Assembly: GCA_043228905.1 (NCBI GenBank) | Contig: JBHGNT010001236.1 | Location: forward strand, 1-10,742 | DNA from: Azolla caroliniana | Taxonomy: Eukaryota > Plantae > Polypodiophyta | Reading direction: 5' to 3' | DNA: 10,742 nt | In this document: positions 1-7,805 of the stretch, in pieces | Layout: each line of letters opens with the position of its first letter | Numbering within the stretch: the stretch's first letter is position 1 | The notes under the pieces: generated by a model | Databases searched by the model: none | What the model saw: only the letters and a program-made list of their open reading frames with translations | Told to the model about the DNA's origin: nothing | Program-made: the position numbers and the translations under genes

Positions 1-757
1 GCGCGCCTCCCATCTTCAGGTTTCCTTGGTTGATCATCCATGTCGACTCACTTAGAGTCGTTTAGTACCTGTCTTCGGTCAACATGTTGATGGTGACCAG
101 AATCCTTTTCAGATCAGGTAGGTTCCGAAATTGGTGCAGGGTGATCATGTTGCCATTGGGCAATCAGATGGGAACCTCTCCGGTCCTTGCGATTCTACAC
201 TCCTGCTCGTTGCCTAGTCAAACTGTGCCGCTGACGTCAACTGAATAGTTCGAAAACCATTCAATGTTGGGGGTCATATGGAATGTGGCACCAAAATCCA
301 GTAGCCACGTCTGTGCATCTTGTGTAGTGTAGAGGACTTCTCTGATCATCGAGTCCTCTAAAGAAAGGATTTTTCCTGATCGGGTGTCGGTAATGTTGAT
401 TTGGTTGCCTATTGGAGAGTGGTCTAAGTTGGGTCTTCCTCAATTTGGCTCTAATCACCAACCACTCTCTTTCCTTTTGATCGACTAGTAGGCGAAAACA
501 TTGTGGCTCTAATTCACCTGATTGGCCTATTCTTGACTTTGACTGTTGTCGGTCTCCCCTTGTCTTTGATCGGTTGGTGTTCCGACCGGTTCCGTCGGCT
601 TGTTCTCTCGTCCTACTTTGTCAAACGAATGACTTGGTCCAATGATGGGCTTCTTCCGATTCATCGATGGTGACTCCCATCGATTTTCGTCGAATGTCCT
701 TGGTGAGAACTTGGCTGATTGTCTCATCCAGATTTAGGATTGGTCGGCTATTGGTGA
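1..757 (-). mobile_element. Ty1/copia element B, continuation beyond the element A insertion (runs off the left edge)
   Basis: Minus strand resumes gag (TNSRPILNLDETISQVLTKDIRRKSMG) and continues into a copia-type protease. Confidence 0.88.
1..757 (-). pseudogene. Copia gag C-terminal part and aspartic protease, disrupted
   Basis: Own translation from 310 leftwards: TWLLDFGATFHMTPNIEWFSNYS...TV*LGNEQECRIARTGEVPI*LPNGNMITLHQFRNLPDLKRILVTINML. This is the copia W.LDSGA..HMT protease with the DSG motif reading DFG (290-298) and several stops. Not represented in the supplied ORF track. Confidence 0.88.
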
Positions 758-1272
758 TGTCATGAAGATTTTTGGCAATGGTGTGAAAATCACATAAAAC
801 TACAAAAAGATAGAGGTCTTGAAGAGCTTTCGTATGCACTTTACTACATAAGAAACAGACATCTAAGTGTCAACTTATGTGGGTATGAAGTTTTGCAAAA
901 GAAAAAGAGAAAAATAAAACTATGAAATATCCCACATAGATAGGAAAGTTTAGGCTCCAAGTATATAAGCATATTGAGATCCATCATATTTCATTTATGT
1001 GCTTTTAATAGTTGGACTGAAGCCACTTTTGTCTAGACGGATGGACATATGTGGCTAAGTTGTCGGATGTGGCTAAGTGTCCGAACTGGCTGGTGAAGAA
1101 ACTCAAATCGGTCGACGATAGAATCGGAAACTGGATGGAGTCGACAATCGGTGACTGTATGCATCTGGCAATCGACAATGGAACCGGTGATCGGTGATCC
1201 GACGACGACATCCGGCAACGAAACCAGCGACCGACCGGTGTCGGTAAACCCGGTTACTAGCATCCCGCGACG

Positions 1273-1400
1273 GAGCCGACGGCAACAGGCAGCGGAGCCA
1301 GTGAGCTGACGGCAATCGGCGGTAGATCCGGTGAGTCGGTGATGGTGAGCCGACAGCAACCGGTGACGGATCCGGTGAGCCAGCAGCATCGGCTGACCGG
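1273..1400 (+). repeat. Degenerate GC-rich ~30-bp tandem repeat inside the 5' LTR
   Basis: Units at 1273-1302, 1303-1332, 1347-1376 and a degenerate unit from 1377; approximate consensus GAGCCGACGGCAACCGGYGRYGGATCCGGT. Shorter version at ~6257-6350 in the 3' LTR. Confidence 0.75.
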
Positions 1401-1782
1401 CCGATGACCGACAAGCGACTCGGGATGCGGACTGGGCCGGACCAAGCGGATGCAAATCGGACGGATCAGTCAGGTCAGTTGATCGCGGTGCATGGTGTCT
1501 TAAAGATGTTTGGTCCAAAAGCCTAATAGTATTTTGTGCATAAAAGAAAAAGATGTAAGCAAGACTCAAACTTAACACCTCCAAGATAAGAAGCAATAGG
1601 CTTACCATTAAGCCAAACCATTTCTTTAGAGATTATTATCATTATAACTTTACATGTAAATTCTCATACATGAGGGCTAAAATGAGTGATGTGGTTATCA
1701 TGCACCACATGTAATACATGAGTGCCAAATGACGAACATGCATTTTAAGCATGTCTTGTACCCTAAAATGCACGTGGGAATC

Positions 1783-1789
1783 TATAAAA
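1783..1789 (+). promoter_or_regulatory. Candidate TATA box of the 5' LTR promoter
   Basis: CTATAAAAG followed by a G-run, about 310 bp before the LTR end; conserved at 6559-6565 in the 3' LTR. Function inferred from motif and position only. Confidence 0.55.
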
Positions 1790-2104
1790 GAGGGGGGGGG
1801 GGAAAGATGAAGGGATTTTTGGCAAAGAAGCTTTGTACTTTATATCAAAATTAATATTAAGAAGAAAATTCATTATCCTTTTGATGATATACCTTGTTCT
1901 TCAAATCTAAAGTTAAAAGTTCAATCTTAATCTCTCTCAATATAAAGTCAAGCATTTAATCTCAATTTCTCTCTCTCTCTCTCAATCTATCTTAAATACT
2001 TTCTCACTAAAGCTTGTGCGTACTTCGAGTCCTTCCGGTCCAGAACCTTGGCGGTTCCGCCTCACGATTCACGCGTAGTGACGAATCTTCAAGACATAAT
2101 TAAG

Positions 2105-2122
2105 TGGTGAACCCGACGTGAA
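2105..2122 (+). promoter_or_regulatory. Primer-binding site complementary to the tRNA-Trp 3' end
   Basis: TGGTGAACCCGACGTGAA; its reverse complement TTCACGTCGGGTTCACCA matches the 3' 18 nt of plant cytosolic tRNA-Trp(CCA) as I recall it. Lies 8 nt after the LTR end. Confidence 0.88.
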
Positions 2123-2829
2123 AGAGGCGGCAGGAAGGATCAAATCGAGGATCAAACCGGATTTTAAGAACGGACTATTGGAGCATGGGGCACAAATAGT
2201 CCGAGCAATCACAAGTCCCCACAAGAAAATAGAGCACGTGGATTGTGAGGAGAAGCAACATGTGTCACACCTAGCGGCGCATGTAAACTAGTACTACCCG
2301 ACAAGAAGGACAAGCGTCGGATACAAGATTTCGAGAAGATGCTGAAAGAAGAAAACATAATAGAAGAAGAAGAGTTCGTGACTCATATTATGGAAGAAGC
2401 CTCATTTAATGACATCATCGGCGAAATCGAGGACGTCGTGGACTTGAGCTATCTTCACGACCAAAGCATGATTTCGGTTAACTCCGTCAACATGTACACT
2501 ATCATCGATGAATATCATCGAAGCATCTTGATGAAGGAAGCTAACATCAACACAAAATATAAAATGGTGGATAGGAAGATCAAGCCAGTTGTGGTTCCCC
2601 TACCGGAAGATAGCTGGCAAAAGATGAAGGAATTCGCTAAAGATCCAAGTTGAAGAGATTCAAAGGCAATAGGTCATGTCTTCACCGAAGAGACGAAAAG
2701 AAAGCTACAAGTTGGAAAGGAGGATTTCCTCCTCCCTAAAGAGGAGCGAAAGTTTCGCGACATGCTCGAGAGACATGGGAAGGCTTTCGCATTTTTCCCA
2801 CAAGAAATCGGATGTGCTGATCCAAGGAT

Positions 2830-3530
2830 GATAGAGCCGATGGTGATCTTCACGGTGCCACACGTACCTTGGAATTTGAAACCGATACTGGTTCCGAGAG
2901 CACACCTACCGAACTTGATTGAGCTCTTAAAGGAGAAGGTGAATATGGGAATTCTAGAACCGTCAAATGCTCCTCATTCTAATAGGTGGTTCACGGTGCC
3001 GAAGAAGAGTGGATCATTGTGATTTATCCAAGAACTTCAACCCGTCAACAAGGTGACAATTCGGAATGCTGGAATCAGTCCGAGTGTGAACGAATTTGCT
3101 GAGGCATTTGCAGGCCGGTCCATCTACTCCATTGGTGATCTCTACTCTGGATATGACCAATTCCAATTGGCGATCGACAGTCGTGATATTACAACCATGA
3201 GGACTCCGATCGGGCTAGTGCGGATGTGTACCTTACCTCAAGGTGCAACAAACTCGGTGGCTCATATGGTGAATGCCATGAACAAGGTCTTAAAGGATTG
3301 CATCCCGGACATCACAATGCCATTCTTGGATGATATTCCAATAAAAGGATGTTCGGATGACGAGAAGAATGGATCAAAAGATAAGGAAGGGTGTAGAAAG
3401 TTCGTCATGGATCATATGAAAGATTGCGAGAAGGTGCTCCGAAGGCTCGAAGACGTGAATTTGACATTTTCGGGTGAGAAATCCGCATTCGGGCAACCGG
3501 AGATCTTGGTGGTAGGTCACTTATGTGGAG
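2830..3530 (+). other. Reverse transcriptase domain of element A (approximate limits)
   Basis: Motifs GILEPSNAPHSNRWFTVPKK, SIGDLYSGYDQ, LPQGATNS, PFLDD (FLDD at 3323-3334), KSAFG..VVGH. Confidence 0.92.
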
Positions 3531-3816
3531 CATACGGCCGGAAGCCTTCGCCATCAAAGGTGAACGCGATCCAGGATATGAAAGAAGAATGCGTAAACCA
3601 AACAGAGGTTTGAAGGTTCCTTGGAGCATGCGCATTTTACCATATTTGGATTCCGCAGTACGCCCGTGTCACCGAGCCTTTATATGGATTGCTAAAGAAA
3701 AGAATGAAGTTCGAATGGCGAGACGAGCACACGTACGCAATGTGAAGATTGAAGAAACTACTTCTTGAAGCTCCAACACTAAGAAAGGCCAAGCCAACTA
3801 TACCGAAGGAAAGCCG

Positions 3817-4180
3817 ATTTATGTGACTGTAGATACGAGCCCAACCAGAATCGGGTGCGTCATCAACCAAGAAGGAGAAGATAATGTGCAGTATGCCATC
3901 CGGTTCGGAGCAAGGGTTCTCAACGAACGACAAGAAAGATACGCCCAAGTCAAGCGGGAATTTTGGGGTATTATGTTGGCAATGGAGACAGACAAAGATT
4001 ACTTGATCAGGTCGCAAGTGATAATAGAGACAGCTTGTCTCCCAATCCTCGGAATGATATCGGGATGTCCGACTCCAGATTTAGCTATGCTAAGGTGGAT
4101 CGCCTATGTCAAGTCTTTAAACCCAGAGATCCGCCACATTGCAGGCAAGAAGAACGCCCTGGCTGATATGCTGTCAAGGG
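3817..4180 (+). other. RNase H domain of element A (approximate limits)
   Basis: TVDTSP, YAQVKRE, IETACLP (expected Asp reads Ala), RWIAY, HIAGKKNALADMLSR. Confidence 0.88.
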
Positions 4181-4469
4181 CAAGATTTGAAAGTGAAAGT
4201 GACATGGTTTCGGAAGATGAAGACATCACCCTTGACTTCTTCAAGATAGCTCGATTATTGGCGGAAGACTAGGACACGCTAACCCTCCACGCCTTCAAAG
4301 AGGAAGAGTACGAAGGAGAGTGGTTACTGATCGGCAGTTTCTTAAGAACAATGATGACAGATGCTTTGTGGACAAAGGAGGAGGCTCTACGAATCTGAAA
4401 GAAAGCTTATCGATACTTCTTGAAGGGAGGCTTCCTTTGGCGACACCCAAAAAGAAGGACGGGATTACC

Positions 4470-5570
4470 ACGCCGAGTGGTGATGAAGAAAGAAGAGCAA
4501 GTGACGCTCATGACCGAATTCCACGAGAGTGCTTGGGCGGTCATAAAGGAACATGGGTGACGTTCGAAAAGTTGAAGGAAAAGTACTGGTGCCCAAGCAT
4601 GTACAAAGATGTACTCCATTTCGTGTCCACATGCAAAACTTGCCAAGTACATTCCAACATACGTCATCGTGATGAGCTACGACCGACATACCCGCTCACC
4701 ATACACTTAAAATGGATGGTTGATCTCATCTCAATGCCAATGGGAGTGGGACAAATGAAGTACTTAGTGCTGGCAAGAGAAGACTTGACAAATCAAGTGG
4801 AAGGGCGGGCCTTGACAAATAAGACGACGTTAGTTGTTTGCAAATTTCTACTTGAAGAGGTTGTTTGCTGATACGGATGTGTGGGGAAGATAGTCGCCGA
4901 CCGGGGGGAGTTGGACGCACACGAAGCAACAGACCCTTTCGAACGACTAGGCATGAAGCTCTCCCTCACAACTACCTACAATCCAAAAACGAATGGGAAG
5001 ATCGAACGAGGGCATGGACCCATCGTCAAAGCCATCGTACGAACATGCAACGGTCGAGTCGGGAATTGGCCACGATTATTGCCCTATGCCTTGTGGGCCG
5101 ACATAACAACACACAACTTGGTGACAGGGTATATGCCAACGGAGCTTATGTATGGACAAAAGCCGGTGATGCCCATCAAAAGGATGATCGCCTCATGGGT
5201 AGCGATACCATGGGAGAACGAGATGAGCTGAGAAGAATTATTAGCGGCACGGATAAGGCAACTTGAAAGGAGACCTGAAGATCTAGAACATGTGCGAAAA
5301 ATGATGGAGGCAGCCCGAGTGAAGAACAAAATTCGGTTCGACAAGCCGCATCAATTGCGTCCCAAGAAGATCGAAGAAGGAGATTGGGTATTGTTCTACG
5401 ACAACACCCTTGACAATCAACACAGTACAACAAGAAAGTTCACAAGAAGATGGTTAAGACCATATGTGGTGATAAGTGCCATCGACAATGCCACATACCA
5501 CCTTGCGGAGCTAGATGGATCAAGGTTGGCCATACCTATTGAGGGAAAAAGAGTAAAGGTTTTCAAGAAA
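4470..5570 (+). other. Integrase of element A (HHCC, DDE core, GPY/F-like motif; approximate limits)
   Basis: FHES..GH.G...CKTC zinc finger; WMVDL, VADRG, YNPKTNGKIERGH catalytic motifs; RRWLRPYVV is a degenerate W.GPY motif; short acidic tail. Confidence 0.9.
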
Positions 5571-5717
5571 AGACAAGACGAGGATCTTGACCTCGATCAC
5601 CTTGACGATGAACATAGTACGATGGATGTGAATGAAGACGTGGAGGAATTTGATTGATCACCGTAGCCGAAATCTCACACTCTCTCTTCTTGGCACGTAC
5701 TAGAGGACGTGTGGTTT

Positions 5718-5729
5718 GGTGGGGGTGGA
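5718..5729 (+). promoter_or_regulatory. Polypurine tract of element A
   Basis: GGTGGGGGTGGA immediately upstream of the TG that starts the 3' LTR. Confidence 0.8.
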
Positions 5730-6885
5730 TGTCGTGAAGATTTTCGGCAATGGTGTGAAAATCACATAAAACTACAAAAAGATGGAGGTCTTGCAGAGCT
5801 TTCGGATGCACTTTACTACATAAGAAACAGACATCTAAGTGTCAACTTATGTGGGTATGAAGTTTTGCAAAAGAAAAAGAGAAAAATAAAACTGTGAAAT
5901 ATCCCACATAGATAGGAAAGTTTAGGCTCCAAGTATATAAGTAGATTGAGATCCATCATATTTCATTTATGTGTTAAGAGCACATAAAAAATAGTTGGAC
6001 TTAAGCCACTTTTGTCTAGATGGACATATGTGGCTAAGTGCCCGAACCGGCTGGTGAAGAAACTCAAACCGGTCGACGATAGAATCAGAAACCGGATGGA
6101 GCCAACAATCAGTGATATATGCATCTGGCAATAGATGACTAGATGGATCCGGCAACCGGCAATGGAACCGGGGACCGGCAATCCGACGACGGCATCCGGC
6201 AACGGAACCGGCGACCGACCGGTGTTGGTAAACCCGGTTACTAGCATCCTGCGACGGAGCCGACGATAGATCTGGTGAGCTGGCGATGGTGAGCCAATGG
6301 CAACCGACGATGGATCCGGTGAGACGGTGAGCGAGCAGCATCGGTCGACCGGCCGATGACCGACAAGCGACTTGAGATGCGGACTGGGCCGGACCAAACA
6401 GATGCAAATTGGACGGATCGGTCCGGTCAATTGATCGCAGTGCATGGTGTCTTAAAGATGAGTGATGTGGTTATCATGCACCACATGTAATACATGAGCG
6501 CCAAATGGGAAACATGCATTTTCTGCATGTCTTGTACCCTCAAATGCATGAGGGCATCTATAAAAGAGGGGGGGAAAAAAGATGAAGGGATTTTTAGCAA
6601 AGAAGCTTTGTACTTTATATCAAAATTAATATTAAGAAGAAAATTCGTTATCCTTTTGATGATATACCTTGTTCTTCAAATCTAAAGTTAAAAGTTCAAT
6701 CTTAATCTCTCTCTGCATTTCAATCTCTCTCAATCTAAAGTGAAGCGTTTAATCTCAAGTTCTCTGTCTCTCAATCTATCTTAAATACTTTCTCACTAAG
6801 GCTTGTGCGTACTTCGAGTCCTTCCGGTCCAGAACCCCGGCGGTTCCGCCTCATGATCCGCGCGTAGTGACGGATCTTCACGACA
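5730..6885 (+). repeat. 3' LTR of element A (1156 bp)
   Basis: Starts TGTCGTGAAGAT, ends ATCTTCACGACA (perfect 12-bp terminal inverted repeat). Directly preceded by the PPT. Homology to the 5' LTR stops exactly at these termini. Confidence 0.95.
6559..6565 (+). promoter_or_regulatory. Candidate TATA box copy in the 3' LTR
   Basis: Same CTATAAAAGAGGG context as 1783-1789. Confidence 0.5.
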
Positions 6886-7378
6886 ACGTATGTCGTGCAG
6901 AATACCTCCCAACTCACCGGGAAGCTCGATAGGAGGACAAGGGCTTTCACTTCTTGTTCAAAGTTGATCCCTTGTGATGAGAGTTCTGACAACACCCGAC
7001 TGAAGGTGTTGATGTGAGAGGTAGCCGAATCTGTGTCTCTCATCTTCATGTTGAACAGTTGTTTTATCAAGCTCAGTTTTGAAGATGAGGACTTTTTCTC
7101 GTACACGGCTTGTAGCTTCTCCCATAACGAGAACAATGTTGTCCCTTTGCCATGCTGAAGTAGACGTTTTCGGCTAGGTGCATTCGAATGGTGCAGTGTA
7201 CGATTTTGTCCATTGATCTCCACTCATCGGCTGACATTGAAGCAAGCTTTTCGGAGTGTCGAATGGCCTTGGCTTGTCTTCGAATAATTAGTACATCCTG
7301 CATCATCTCCCTCCATAGGGCAAAGTTTTTGCCATTGAATTTTTGGATCTCAACTCTTGTACCGGATGTTGATGCCAT
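6886..7378 (-). pseudogene. gag: Copia gag, N-terminal part (UBN2/retrotransposon gag type), frameshifted and interrupted
   Basis: ATG at 7378: MASTSGTRVEIQKFNGKNFALWREMMQDVLI...; frameshift near 7145; then SLWEKLQAVYEKKSSSSKLSLIKQLFNMKM...KALVLLSSFPVSWEVFCTT, ending at the element A LTR. Confidence 0.9.
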
Positions 7379-7484
7379 GATTCTTTTGAAAGCGAGATTT
7401 GCTAGCCCGGTCTTTTGTTTTTTTCTTTCAACCCCCCCCCGCACCCCCTTTTTTTTGTTGTTTATTGCCGCCGAGCCGCGGATC

Positions 7485-7496
7485 GCACTGATACTA
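7485..7496 (-). promoter_or_regulatory. Primer-binding site, tRNA-iMet type (degenerate)
   Basis: Minus strand TAGTATCAGTGC versus canonical TGGTATCAGAGC (10/12), 2 nt after the LTR-terminal CA. Confidence 0.8.
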
Positions 7497-7498
7497 GT

Positions 7499-7805
7499 TG
7501 AAAGATAGATATGCGGGGAAACGTATGTGAGGACCTGTCGGTTATGCTCATCAAACAACATAGAGGGAAGGCAAGAAAATATAGACAAATGATATCTATA
7601 TACACAGATAAAGCTTTAATGGAAGCTCTCCTTATTTTTGTTCTCTCTCTCTCTCTCTCTCTCTCTCTTAGAGACTGGATGTACAGAATGATTAAGTGAT
7701 CTCTTGTTTAGAACATTAGGTTATTGCTTAGATACTAAGCCCTAACTATATGGACGAATTCACACTAGGATACAAAGTGGAAGGAGTTGGCCTTTTATGC
7801 CAACA
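7499..7805 (-). repeat. 5' LTR of copia element B (~307 bp)
   Basis: Minus strand begins TGTTGGCATA and ends ATCTTTCA, 2 nt before the PBS. The inner boundary is well supported; the outer boundary (7805) is inferred from the TGTTG motif because the partner LTR is outside the window. Confidence 0.72.
7642..7667. repeat. (TC)13 microsatellite within the copia LTR
   Basis: Perfect dinucleotide run read directly. Confidence 0.95.

Larger units (their letters stand above)
758..2096 (+). repeat. 5' LTR of element A (1339 bp)
   Basis: Starts TGTCATGAAGAT, ends ATCTTCAAGACA (imperfect terminal inverted repeat). Collinear with 5730-6885 (about 8 substitutions counted by eye in the first ~240 bp). 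Followed by the PBS. Confidence 0.95.
2339..5657 (+). pseudogene. pol: Disrupted gypsy pol (acidic leader, reverse transcriptase, RNase H, integrase)
   Basis: ORF fragments 2339-2653, 2762-3022, 3053-3613, 3823-4272, ~4540-4871, 4881-5231 and 5292-5657 join into one polyprotein. In-frame stops at 2651, 3020, 3611, 3743, 4270, 4396, 4869, 5229; frameshifts at ~3790 (GCCAA duplicated) and ~4535. Confidence 0.93.
758..6885 (+). mobile_element. Ty3/gypsy LTR retrotransposon (element A), non-chromovirus type, non-autonomous: LTR-PBS-RT-RH-INT-PPT-LTR with no gag or protease
   Basis: Two long direct repeats (758-2096, 5730-6885) with TG...CA ends; PBS at 2105-2122; PPT at 5718-5729; internal domain order RT-RNaseH-integrase (gypsy order); no chromodomain after the integrase. 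Both flanks are contiguous copia gag sequence. Confidence 0.95.
6886..7805 (-). mobile_element. Ty1/copia LTR retrotransposon (element B), 5' part: LTR, PBS, leader, gag N-terminus
   Basis: Minus strand reads TGTTGG...CTTTCA LTR, Met-type PBS, ~105 nt leader, then Tnt1-like gag; interrupted at 6886 by element A. Confidence 0.9.

Noticed and set aside
470-530. Copia gag CCHC zinc knuckle
   Set aside because: Expected here and a remnant (SHNVFAY*SIKRKE on the minus strand) is suggestive, but the cysteines are not readable, so it is not called.
1273-1400. ~30-bp repeats as a possible CRISPR array
   Set aside because: Units are degenerate and adjacent with no unique spacers, lie inside a eukaryotic LTR, and no cas genes are present.
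1005-1608. Overlapping minus-strand ORFs up to 191 aa in the 5' LTR (and 5963-6445 in the 3' LTR)
   Set aside because: They arise from stop-poor GC-rich repeats; frames and starts are not conserved between the two LTRs; no recognisable domain.
2105-2122. tRNA-Trp gene on the minus strand
   Set aside because: Only the 3' 18 nt including CCA match and there is no cloverleaf; it is a PBS.
3323-3334. FLDD instead of YxDD as a novel or prokaryotic RT (retron/DGR)
   Set aside because: FxDD variants are common in gypsy RTs, and the RH-INT-LTR context is unambiguous.
3788-3797. GCCAAGCCAA 5-bp duplication as a transposon excision footprint
   Set aside because: Indistinguishable from replication slippage or repair; treated simply as the frameshift.
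2705-5433. Minus-strand ORFs antisense to pol (also 7921-8436 and 9027-10494) and plus-strand ORF 7188-7508 antisense to gag
   Set aside because: Shadow ORFs of coding sequence with no motifs and no conservation between copies A and C.
5570-5729. Chromodomain or env-like extra ORF after the integrase
   Set aside because: Only a short acidic tail and ~60 nt of 3' UTR precede the PPT; there is no room or motif.
7432-7448. G-quadruplex in the copia leader (G5/G9 on the minus strand)
   Set aside because: Only two G-runs, not four separate tracts; homopolymer length is unstable.
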